Source: Idiomarina loihiensis L2TR (GTDB lineage Bacteria > Pseudomonadota > Gammaproteobacteria > Enterobacterales > Alteromonadaceae). From it: 32,000 nucleotides of DNA. Numbering within the stretch: the first letter of the stretch is position 1; every line of letters starts with the position of its first letter. Shown in pieces: positions 23,176 through 31,354 of the stretch. Position numbers and translations under genes: made by a program. The notes below the pieces were generated by a model. It made no database searches and was not told the DNA's origin. It was given only the letters and a program-made list of their open reading frames with translations. The stretch is from positions 120,001-152,000 of the forward strand of contig NC_006512.1 in the NCBI RefSeq assembly GCF_000008465.1. The letters run 5' to 3'.

Positions 23176-24723
23176 ATGACGACATCGATTATAGCCTTTG
23201 GTGGCCGCCCGTTGACCATTAAAGACGTGGTAGAAATAGCCAATGGCAAAGCGCAGATCGCGTTAAGCGACGCGCCGGAGTTTGTCGAAAAAGTCGATGC
23301 CGGGGTTCGTTTTCTGGATGAGCTGTTAGAGCAGGACGGCGTGATTTATGGCGTGACAACGGGGTACGGAGACAGCTGCACAGTATCGGTACCGGAGAAC
23401 CTGGTTAACGAGTTGCCCATTCATCTTACGCGTTTTCATGGTTGTGGCCTGGGTGACACCTTTGATGAACAGGAAACCCGCGCTATTCTGGCAACCCGCT
23501 TAAGCTCGTTGGCACAAGGTTATTCCGGTGTCAGCTGGGAGCTGTTGGAACGCCTGGTGGTGATGTTGAATGAAAACATGCTGCCGCTTATTCCAAAAGA
23601 GGGCAGTGTTGGTGCCAGTGGTGATCTTACGCCTTTGTCGTACATTGCCGGCGCGCTTATTGGTGAGCGTGACGTGCGCTTCCGGAATAAAGTGATGAAC
23701 AGCGCAGAAGCCTTTGAGCTGCTTGGTATGTCGGTTCACAAACTGCGGCCAAAAGAAGGCCTGGCCATTATGAACGGTACCGCCGTGATGACGGCTTTGG
23801 CTTGCCTTGCCTGGGACCGGGCGGAGTACTTAACCCGGTTATCCAGCCGCATTACCTCCTTGGCGAGCATAGCTCTGGAAGGCAACAGTAACCATTTTGA
23901 TGACCTGCTGTTTGCCGTGAAACCCCATAAAGGGCAGCAACAGGTCGCCAGCTGGATCCAACAAGATCTGAACCATGTGGAGCATCCGAGGAATTCATCG
24001 CGTCTGCAGGACCGGTACTCCATCCGCTGCGCGCCTCATGTTATCGGCGTACTTAAAGACAGTTTACCGTGGTTTAAAGAAACCATAGAAAATGAATTAA
24101 ACAGCGCCAATGACAACCCCATTATTGATGGCTTAGGTGAGCATGTTCTGCACGGCGGGCACTTCTACGGCGGCCACATTGCTATGGTGATGGACTCGAT
24201 GAAAACTGCTGTGGCGAACCTGGCGGATTTACACGACCGGCAAATGGCGTTGTTGATGGACACAAAGATGAACCACGGTTTGCCCTCGAACTTGTCTGCG
24301 GCAGAAGGTGAGCGTAAGTCTATTAACCACGGCTTTAAAGCGGTGCAGATTGGTTGCTCAGCCTGGACTGCGGAAGCATTAAAACTGACTATGCCAGCCA
24401 GTGTCTTTTCGCGCTCAACCGAGTGTCATAACCAGGACAAAGTGAGCATGGGTACTATTGCTGCCCGTGACTGTATTCGTATTCTGGAACTGACCGAACA
24501 GGTGGTTGTTGCCACTTTGCTGGCAGCTTATCAAGGTGTTGAACTGCGTAAGCGTATTACAGACAAACCGGTGAACCCATCGGCCGGTGTCTTAGAAATG
24601 CTTCGAAGTCTGGCTGATCAGTTTGAACTGCTGACAGAAGACCGCCAGTTGGAGCCGGAATTACGTTATTGGCTTACCCAGTTGCGGTTAAAAGTATGGA
24701 ATTTGTATCAGGAGCCAGCATGA
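23176..24723 (+). CDS. MIO-dependent aromatic-amino-acid ammonia-lyase (HAL/PAL/TAL superfamily; aminomutase not excluded)
   Basis: ORF 23092..24723. ATG 23176 follows the upstream TAG (23172-23174). MIO-forming triad in GSVGASGDLTPLSY (ASG = 23614-23622). Also present: NGTAV, DRYSIRCAPHV, SANDNP and NQDKVSMG. Confidence 0.9.
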   Translation: MTTSIIAFGGRPLTIKDVVEIANGKAQIALSDAPEFVEKVDAGVRFLDELLEQDGVIYGVTTGYGDSCTVSVPENLVNELPIHLTRFHGCGLGDTFDEQETRAILATRLSSLAQGYSGVSWELLERLVVMLNENMLPLIPKEGSVGASGDLTPLSYIAGALIGERDVRFRNKVMNSAEAFELLGMSVHKLRPKEGLAIMNGTAVMTALACLAWDRAEYLTRLSSRITSLASIALEGNSNHFDDLLFAVKPHKGQQQVASWIQQDLNHVEHPRNSSRLQDRYSIRCAPHVIGVLKDSLPWFKETIENELNSANDNPIIDGLGEHVLHGGHFYGGHIAMVMDSMKTAVANLADLHDRQMALLMDTKMNHGLPSNLSAAEGERKSINHGFKAVQIGCSAWTAEALKLTMPASVFSRSTECHNQDKVSMGTIAARDCIRILELTEQVVVATLLAAYQGVELRKRITDKPVNPSAGVLEMLRSLADQFELLTEDRQLEPELRYWLTQLRLKVWNLYQEPA

Positions 24724-25130
24724 AACAAGCCAGTTTAATTATTGATGTTCCCTTTTTTGATGTCGACGCTATGCATGTTGTCTGGCACGGTCATTACATA
24801 AAATATATTGAAATGGCGCGTAGCGAGTTACTGCGTACTTTCAATTATGATTACCCCGACATGGAAGCCAATGGCCATTTATGGCCTATTGTCGATTTGC
24901 GCTTAAAGTACGTTGCGTCGGCTACATACGGACAACACATTCGGGTGACTGCTACTTTGGTGGAGTGGGAACATCGGCTGAAAATGAACTATGAAATTCG
25001 CTGTGTTGAAAGTAACGAGCTATTAACCAAAGCCACCAGTGTTCAGGTAGCCGTGTGCAAAGAAACGCGGGAAATGCTGTTTGAATCTCCTGACATTGTG
25101 TTTGAAAAGCTGGGAGTTGAGCGCTCATGA
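24720..25130 (+). CDS. 4HBT/YbgC-type hotdog thioesterase (ApeK-like)
   Basis: ATG 24720 overlaps the lyase stop (ATGA). The N-terminal motif VPFFDVDAMHVVWHGHYIKYIE is typical of 4-hydroxybenzoyl-CoA-thioesterase-fold enzymes. Confidence 0.75.
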   Translation: MKQASLIIDVPFFDVDAMHVVWHGHYIKYIEMARSELLRTFNYDYPDMEANGHLWPIVDLRLKYVASATYGQHIRVTATLVEWEHRLKMNYEIRCVESNELLTKATSVQVAVCKETREMLFESPDIVFEKLGVERS

Positions 25131-25657
25131 TCCGCTTACTTGTAACGACGATTCTATTGATGCTATCAGTAATAGCCGTTGCAAACGACGATGCGACAGC
25201 AGAGGCGCTGTCGGCACTTGAAAAGCAATCAGAACCTTTGCCGCTGTCGCTGGAGTTCAGTCAGAAAAAACAGTTATCGGGTCTGCCGAGACCTTTGGTG
25301 AGTGCAGGCCAGTTGGATATTAGAAAAGACGAAATAGTCTGGACAACAGAGCACCCACAGCAGCAACAGTTAACCATTAACCGTCAGGGTATTTTTGAGC
25401 AAGGTAATGAAGACTCGGTAAGTGGCAGTGACACCATTGCGCAATTGTTACTGGCGATTCTGCAGCAGGATGAAGCCGTATTGAAGCAGCAGTTCAGGCT
25501 TTCGCTAGAGCAGAATTGTGTGGTGATGGTTCCGGAAGCTGACGCTTTAGCCAGTGTGATTGAAAAAATACACAGTTGCGGTACTGACCGTGTTGAGCTT
25601 GTGGAGCTGTTTGAGCAAAACGGTAACACCACCCGTATAGAACTGAGCAAAAGGTAA
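25127..25657 (+). CDS. LolA-like periplasmic lipid/lipoprotein carrier (ApeL-like)
   Basis: 176 aa with signal peptide MIRLLVTTILLMLSVIAVA. The FSQKKQLSGLPRPLVSAGQL...VW pattern matches LolA-fold proteins of these clusters. ATGA overlap with the upstream gene. Confidence 0.6.
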   Translation: MIRLLVTTILLMLSVIAVANDDATAEALSALEKQSEPLPLSLEFSQKKQLSGLPRPLVSAGQLDIRKDEIVWTTEHPQQQQLTINRQGIFEQGNEDSVSGSDTIAQLLLAILQQDEAVLKQQFRLSLEQNCVVMVPEADALASVIEKIHSCGTDRVELVELFEQNGNTTRIELSKR

Positions 25658-25663
25658 GATGGC

Positions 25664-27892
25664 ATGAAGGGTGTACGCGCAGCTTTGGCGACTCGATTAC
25701 TGCTGTTATTTGTTGTCATTGTTGGCGTTGTAGCGGCGTTGTCGGCGCAACTCTCTAATACTCAGTGGAGCAGCAGTCTGGCCGATGCTCTGCCAAATGA
25801 AGTCTCTGAATTACAGCGCAGTTACTTAGCAAGTCAGCAACCTAATGCGCAGCAATTGCTGTTGGGTTTTGAGTCACAGCAGTATTCCGGCAGCGAAATA
25901 CTGCCTATTGTGCAAGAACAATTGAAATTACTGACTGAAGCTGAGCCGACTATTAAACTGGCGGAAATGACAAATCCGAAAGCGGTGTTGTCATTTTACC
26001 AGAATCAGGCCGGTCGTTTAGCAACACCGAACGACATGCAAGCGCTTGCGAGCGGCGACTACGGAACACTAATAAGTGAAGCACAAAAAGCCTTACAAAG
26101 CCCAGCGCCTGTTCTAGTGCCTTTGAAGCAGGACCCACTATTGCTGACAAAACGTTTTGTACAGCAATTACCGGACTTAATGCCAGGATATAAGAGTCAT
26201 AATGGGCTGTATACCCGCACTTCGGAGTCTATTCATCAGGTATTAGTGCCGCTGCGTATTGCGGGTGATGCGTTAAGCGTGACTCAGTCAGGGCAGTCAG
26301 TTCTGGTTATAAATGACTTTATTGCCAAAGTAACTGAGCAACTACCCGGTATTAATGTTTATCGAAGCGGCTTGCTATTCCATTCCGATGCGGCGGCAAA
26401 GCAGGCGAAGCAGGAAATGACCTGGTTTGGCGGGCTGTCTCTTCTGCTGGTGTTAGCTTTATTACTCTGGGTATTCCGCTCTGGTCAGCAATTGTTTTAT
26501 ACGTTGCTACTACTAAGTGTGTCGGCAGCGACAGGGCTATTGGCCACTTTGTTATTAAGCTCCCGGCCGCATGTGCTGATGTTGGTGTTTGCCACCAGCT
26601 TTATCGGACTGTGCATTGACTATGTTATTCATGGCTTTATCGCCCGCAGTCATGGCGCTAAGGCCTGGTCGGCACTGAAGCCGGCTTTGTGGCTTAGCGG
26701 GCTAACCACCATTTTCGGTTATATTTTGCTTCTGTTGCTACCACTACCGCTGTTACAGCAATTAGGTATTTTTATGGCAGTGGCTTTATTCACTGCCATT
26801 GTTCTGGTGGTTGTTACGTTACCTTGGTTGCCGCAGCCAGGGGCTTCGCGCCCCGGCTGGCAGCGATTTTGCCATAGCATGGCGCAGCTTTACCGACAGA
26901 TGCGCCAGCCAGACACTACTGCATGGTTGAGTGTTATGGCGTTAGCAACACTGGGCCTGTTGCTTTGGTCTTTTACCGCCAATGACAATGTTCGTTTGCT
27001 GGCCAGCTCACCCGAGTCGTTACTGCAACAGGAAAACCACCTGCGAAAAACTACGGACTTTTATTTTCAGCCAGATGTATTGTTAGTGTCGGGAGAAACC
27101 CAGCAGCAAGCATTGGAACGGACAGGTGGCCTTGGTGACATTAATGGCAGTGTTAGCTTGTACGATTATATGTTGCCAGCGTCAGAGCAGCAGCAACTGC
27201 TGCAACAGCAGCAAGAACTATTTAAAAGCCCGGAAGGGAAGACTTATATGCAATGGTTAGGCCTTGGACAGCTGGTACTCGCCAGTGATCAGCAAGAGCA
27301 CCCATTACAGAATCAATTTTTATATCCGACGGAAGAAGGCTGGATGAGTGTTGTGCGGCTAAAGCAGCCCTTTAACCATGGTGATATCACCGAGAGCCCC
27401 GGGAAACTGGAGCATTTTAACCCCATTGAGCATGCATCAGATGCACTGGCCGAGTACCGACATTCTATGCAGTTGTGGCTTATCGCTTTGCTGCTTGTGT
27501 CGTTGCCTATACTGGCAATGTTTTTGCGCAATCAGCAAGCCAACAAACGGCGGATTCAAGCTGCATGGCAGGTTACCTGTGTGATGACATTGTCCGTGTC
27601 GACGGCGTTGCTGTTGGCACAGCTGATACAACCACTGAACTTGTTTCATTGCATTGGTGCGATGTTCGTACTGGTGCTCAGCATTGATTACGGCGTTTTT
27701 TGCGCCGGACGGTTGAAGCGCGAACATGCGCTGCAAGCCATTTATCTGTCAGCTTTCACGACCATGGTGGCTTTTGGTGCCTTAAGCTTCAGCTCGACGC
27801 CAGCCATTGCGGCTTTTGGAATTATTGTTTTAATTGGGGTTTTTATGAGTGCCCTGTTCAGTCCGTTGATAATAGAGTCACCTGATAACTAA
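25664..27892 (+). CDS. MMPL/RND-superfamily exporter (ApeM-like)
   Basis: 742 aa. Two hydrophobic bundles (about residues 250-400 and 600-740) are separated by large soluble loops, which is the typical MMPL architecture. Confidence 0.75.
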   Translation: MKGVRAALATRLLLLFVVIVGVVAALSAQLSNTQWSSSLADALPNEVSELQRSYLASQQPNAQQLLLGFESQQYSGSEILPIVQEQLKLLTEAEPTIKLAEMTNPKAVLSFYQNQAGRLATPNDMQALASGDYGTLISEAQKALQSPAPVLVPLKQDPLLLTKRFVQQLPDLMPGYKSHNGLYTRTSESIHQVLVPLRIAGDALSVTQSGQSVLVINDFIAKVTEQLPGINVYRSGLLFHSDAAAKQAKQEMTWFGGLSLLLVLALLLWVFRSGQQLFYTLLLLSVSAATGLLATLLLSSRPHVLMLVFATSFIGLCIDYVIHGFIARSHGAKAWSALKPALWLSGLTTIFGYILLLLLPLPLLQQLGIFMAVALFTAIVLVVVTLPWLPQPGASRPGWQRFCHSMAQLYRQMRQPDTTAWLSVMALATLGLLLWSFTANDNVRLLASSPESLLQQENHLRKTTDFYFQPDVLLVSGETQQQALERTGGLGDINGSVSLYDYMLPASEQQQLLQQQQELFKSPEGKTYMQWLGLGQLVLASDQQEHPLQNQFLYPTEEGWMSVVRLKQPFNHGDITESPGKLEHFNPIEHASDALAEYRHSMQLWLIALLLVSLPILAMFLRNQQANKRRIQAAWQVTCVMTLSVSTALLLAQLIQPLNLFHCIGAMFVLVLSIDYGVFCAGRLKREHALQAIYLSAFTTMVAFGALSFSSTPAIAAFGIIVLIGVFMSALFSPLIIESPDN

Positions 27893-27903
27893 GGAAAAGA
27901 ATC

Positions 27904-29139
27904 ATGGAAGAGTCGATTTATGATGTGGTGATCATTGGTGCCGGCCCGGCAGGTTCGACTGCAGCAGCGATGTTGGCGAATGTCGGAAAAAGCGTGTTGG
28001 TAGTTGAGAAACAAGAGTTTCCAAGGTTTTCTATTGGCGAAAGCTTACTGCCTCAATGTATGACCTTTATTGAAGAAGCCGGGCTATTAGATGCGGTACT
28101 GGATAATGCAGAGCGTCTTGGGTTTCAGTACAAAGAAGGCGCTGCTTTTTATCATCAGGGTAAGAAGGTTAACTTTGATTTTCGCAAAAAGTCGAGTGAA
28201 GGTCCGGGCACAACTTATCAGGTGAAACGCGAACATTTTGATCAGCTATTGGCGCAGGGTGCGGCAGAGAAAGGCGCTGAAATCAGACATGGTGTTGCGC
28301 TAGAAGCTATTGATTTTAATGACCGGAATACGGTCAAATTGAGCTTAACCGGCGCCGCAGGAACAAGTGAAGCAAAGGCACGTTTTGTGCTCGACGCCAG
28401 CGGTTTCGGTAGAGTGCTGCCACGCTTGCTGTCGTTAGAATCGCCGTCGGACTTTCCTGTGCGTCAGGCCGTTTTTTGTCATGTAAAATCTGAGCTGGCG
28501 GGCGGGAACTTTGACCGCAGCAAAATTCTTATCACTGTGCATCCACAGAACCCTGAAATTTGGTACTGGTTAATTCCTTTTGCCGATGGTACTGCCAGTA
28601 TTGGTGTGGTTGGTGCGACTGAGTATTTTGCAGAAAGCGACAGCGAGAAAGAAGCATTGTGGAAACTGGTGGCAGATGAGCCTTACCTGCTTGAAGTGTT
28701 AGGTGAATACCAGGTCAGTCGTGCTGAGCAACGTATTACCGGCTACTCAGCTAATGTAAATTGCTTGTTTGGTGACCGCTTTGCTTTACTAGGGAATGCT
28801 GGTGAATTTTTAGATCCGGTTTTCTCATCAGGTGTGACCATTGCAATGCAGTCTTCATCGCTGGCGGTGCCGTTAGTCTTGAAAGAGCTGAATGATGAGC
28901 CTCAGAACTGGCAGAAGCTTTACAGTGACCCTTTACGTGTGGGTATTACCACCTTTCGCACTTTTGTTAAGGGTTGGTATGATACCCGCTTTCAGGATGT
29001 GATTTTTTATCCACACCAGCAGCAACAGGTTAAAGAAATGATTTGTTCCATTTTGGCAGGTTATGCGTGGGATACAGGCAACCCTTATGTCCGCGAAAGC
29101 GAACGCCGCTTGAACGTATTGGCAGAATTATGTGGATAA
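27904..29139 (+). CDS. FAD-dependent halogenase-like oxidoreductase
   Basis: DVVIIGAGPAGSTAA (GxGxxG), FPRFSIGESLLP, WYWLIP (the WxWxIP motif, 28561-28578) and FLDPVFSSGV. Confidence 0.75.
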   Translation: MEESIYDVVIIGAGPAGSTAAAMLANVGKSVLVVEKQEFPRFSIGESLLPQCMTFIEEAGLLDAVLDNAERLGFQYKEGAAFYHQGKKVNFDFRKKSSEGPGTTYQVKREHFDQLLAQGAAEKGAEIRHGVALEAIDFNDRNTVKLSLTGAAGTSEAKARFVLDASGFGRVLPRLLSLESPSDFPVRQAVFCHVKSELAGGNFDRSKILITVHPQNPEIWYWLIPFADGTASIGVVGATEYFAESDSEKEALWKLVADEPYLLEVLGEYQVSRAEQRITGYSANVNCLFGDRFALLGNAGEFLDPVFSSGVTIAMQSSSLAVPLVLKELNDEPQNWQKLYSDPLRVGITTFRTFVKGWYDTRFQDVIFYPHQQQQVKEMICSILAGYAWDTGNPYVRESERRLNVLAELCG

Positions 29140-29723
29140 AGTCGCTAAGAGTCGTGAGTGGCTTAATGCTGGTGTTAATGGTTGCCGGTTGCCAGTCTTT
29201 AGGCGGACAGCCAGCTCAGGTTCCTATCGCGGATGGTAGTTACCAGTTGCAGCATAGCTGGCCGCGAGAGCCGGTGCAGCTATGGCAAAAAGTTGAATGG
29301 AAAAAAGGCGAGCAACAGCGCATTTTCATGGTGTCGGCAGCTTTTGATAATGAACGATTACTGCTGGTGGCATTATCTCCCTTTGGCAATGAGCTGTTTC
29401 GGAGCGAACTCAGTCGTGCAAACGGAGTCACCTTTAAAGGCAGCGAAGCTTTTGACGACTCGCGGCTGGCTATGCAGGTCTGGTCAGATTTACAAATGGC
29501 GTTGTGGCCACTTGACAGTATCAATGCCAATTTGAGTGGTGTGAGTTTGCAAGCTACTCAAACCGGACGCGAGTTATGGCGTAATGGGGAATTGCTGTGG
29601 TCATCGGTTAGTGAAGATAAGAACCAGCAGCGAGTGATTCAGAACAAACCTATGGGTTATCAATTGACGATAACCACTCTCGAGTACGAGCTATTAGAAA
29701 CTGATGAAAATCACCTTAAGTGA
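29130..29723 (+). CDS. DUF3261-like lipoprotein
   Basis: ORF 29043..29723. ATG 29130 gives MWIKSLRVVSGLMLVLMVAGCQS, which has a lipobox (L-M-V-A-G-C). It overlaps the upstream stop by 10 nt. Confidence 0.55.
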   Translation: MWIKSLRVVSGLMLVLMVAGCQSLGGQPAQVPIADGSYQLQHSWPREPVQLWQKVEWKKGEQQRIFMVSAAFDNERLLLVALSPFGNELFRSELSRANGVTFKGSEAFDDSRLAMQVWSDLQMALWPLDSINANLSGVSLQATQTGRELWRNGELLWSSVSEDKNQQRVIQNKPMGYQLTITTLEYELLETDENHLK

Positions 29724-30897
29724 ACCGGGCGCAATTTGCGCGCTGGGTCATAATTGCGAAAGCCTATGGCAGGCTGCACTGGCAGGCGATCAAGCCGGGC
29801 TGAAGCCTGCAGCATTCAATACCAACGATGGTACGTCTTTGTTTGCCGGTTCAGTTGCAGATAATAAGTTGCCCGACATTGGTAGTCTGCCGGCAGCCAT
29901 GCGCACCCGTAATAACCAACTGGTTGCGGCTGCCTTACAACAAATTGAAGAACCCTTGCTGGCGCTGATAGATAGGTTGGGCTCTGATCGAGTAGCGGTA
30001 GTATTGGGGACTAGTACGTCCGGTATTGCCTCTGGTGAATCGGCGTTAGCATACGACGAGTCTGAAGGCGGTTTACCCGATACATTTTACTATGCCATGC
30101 AGGAAATGCTTGCTCCGGCAGAGTGTATAGCGGCGCTAACAGGTATTACCGGTCCGGTTTACAGTATTTCAACGGCTTGTTCGTCCAGTGCCCGAGTTTT
30201 TATGAGTGCTCGCTCTTTATTGCGTTTAGGCGTCGTCGACGCGGTGGTTGTCGGCGGTGTTGATTCTCTTTGTCGGCTAACATTAAACGGTTTTAAAGCG
30301 CTGGAATCGACCTCGGAAGGGCGCTGCAATCCGTTCAGTGCGAATCGCGACGGCATTACCATTGGGGAAGCTGCTGGGCTTTTTATTGCTACCCGCGAAG
30401 AGGACAACCTACAGCCGTCGGAAGTGACTTTAACCGGTGCCTGTGCAACTTCAGACGCTCATCATATGTCGGCTCCTCATCCACAGGGACGAGGGGCGTT
30501 GGCGGCAATCCAGGGGGCGCTGACCGATGCTGGTATTACTGCACAGCAACTCGGTTACATTAATTTGCATGGCACTGCTACGCCGTTAAACGATTTGATG
30601 GAAGCTTATGCGGTCAATGCATTGGGTGCTGGAAACGTGCCCGCGAGTTCAACAAAAGCGCTGACCGGTCATACCCTGGGAGCGGCAGGGGCAATTGAAG
30701 CGGTGTTCTGCTGGCTGGCGTTGGCGAAACAGGACGGCTTACCAAAGCACGCATGGGATGGCGTTAAAGATTCTGATTTGGCAGATATCCATTTGTATCA
30801 AGGTGGGTCACTGCAATATCCAATAGAGCATTGTCTGAGTAATTCTTTTGCGTTTGGCGGCAACAATGTCTCTCTCGTTTTTAGTAGAGGAAAATAA
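29704..30897 (+). CDS. Beta-ketoacyl-ACP synthase, FabF/FabB-like elongating KS (ApeO-like)
   Basis: Active-site Cys in YSISTACSSS (C159). Histidines in SDAHHMSAPHP and INLHGTATPLND. C-terminal NSFAFGGNNVSLVF. Confidence 0.9.
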   Translation: MKITLSEPGAICALGHNCESLWQAALAGDQAGLKPAAFNTNDGTSLFAGSVADNKLPDIGSLPAAMRTRNNQLVAAALQQIEEPLLALIDRLGSDRVAVVLGTSTSGIASGESALAYDESEGGLPDTFYYAMQEMLAPAECIAALTGITGPVYSISTACSSSARVFMSARSLLRLGVVDAVVVGGVDSLCRLTLNGFKALESTSEGRCNPFSANRDGITIGEAAGLFIATREEDNLQPSEVTLTGACATSDAHHMSAPHPQGRGALAAIQGALTDAGITAQQLGYINLHGTATPLNDLMEAYAVNALGAGNVPASSTKALTGHTLGAAGAIEAVFCWLALAKQDGLPKHAWDGVKDSDLADIHLYQGGSLQYPIEHCLSNSFAFGGNNVSLVFSRGK

Positions 30898-30898
30898 T

Positions 30899-31354
30899 AT
30901 GGGGCATGATTTGGCTGAGCTTATCAAGCACGAACCGCCGATGCGGTTGATTGATAAGCTGTGCTCGGCTGAACAGGGGAAAGGGCAGTGTTGTCTTACT
31001 GTGACCAGTGACAACCTGTTTTACAGTGAGCAGCATAAGGGCCTGCCGGTGCATGTCGGAATTGAGCTAATGGCGCAGACTATCGCTGCTGTTGCCGGTT
31101 ATCAAAGCAAAACCGACGGTGGGGAGATAAAGCTGGGCTTCTTGCTGGGCAGCCGGAAATATCAATGTGATATTGACAGTTTTAAGCTGGGAGAAAGATA
31201 CGATATTTTTGTTGAAGAACTGCATGTTGAGTCTTCGGGTCTGAGTGTTTTTGAATGCGATATTCGCCACAACGACAAGGTCGTTGCGCAGGCTCGGCTA
31301 AATGTGTATCAACCGCCCGACGAAACAGCATTTATAGAGGAAAATTATGGTTGA
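30899..31354 (+). CDS. Hotdog-fold dehydratase (ApeP-like)
   Basis: ORF 30848..31354. ATG 30899 follows the KS stop (TAA 30895-30897). The ELIKHEPPMRLIDKL N-terminus and GIELMAQTIAAVAG helix are typical of FabA/FabZ-like hotdog proteins in these clusters. Confidence 0.65.
   Translation: MGHDLAELIKHEPPMRLIDKLCSAEQGKGQCCLTVTSDNLFYSEQHKGLPVHVGIELMAQTIAAVAGYQSKTDGGEIKLGFLLGSRKYQCDIDSFKLGERYDIFVEELHVESSGLSVFECDIRHNDKVVAQARLNVYQPPDETAFIEENYG

Noticed and set aside
23176-24723. Annotating the lyase as histidine ammonia-lyase (hutH)
   Set aside because: There are no hutU/hutI neighbours, the switch residues are Phe-His rather than Ser-His, and the HAL-type NQEDH segment is absent. The context is a polyketide-like cluster.
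27185-27213. CAG/CAA-rich, partly palindromic tract (GCAGCAG-CAA-CTGCTGC...)
   Set aside because: It lies in frame within the MMPL gene and encodes a Gln-rich loop (EQQQLLQQQQEL). There is no evidence that it is a regulatory or repeat element.
17852-30898. 5' extensions of ORF-track models starting at 17852, 21400, 23092, 24669, 29043 and 30848
   Set aside because: Each extension overlaps the preceding gene by 50-90 nt. Each also contains an internal ATG (17933, 21487, 23176, 24720, 29130, 30899) that abuts or minimally overlaps the upstream stop and yields a typical family N-terminus, a signal peptide or a lipobox.
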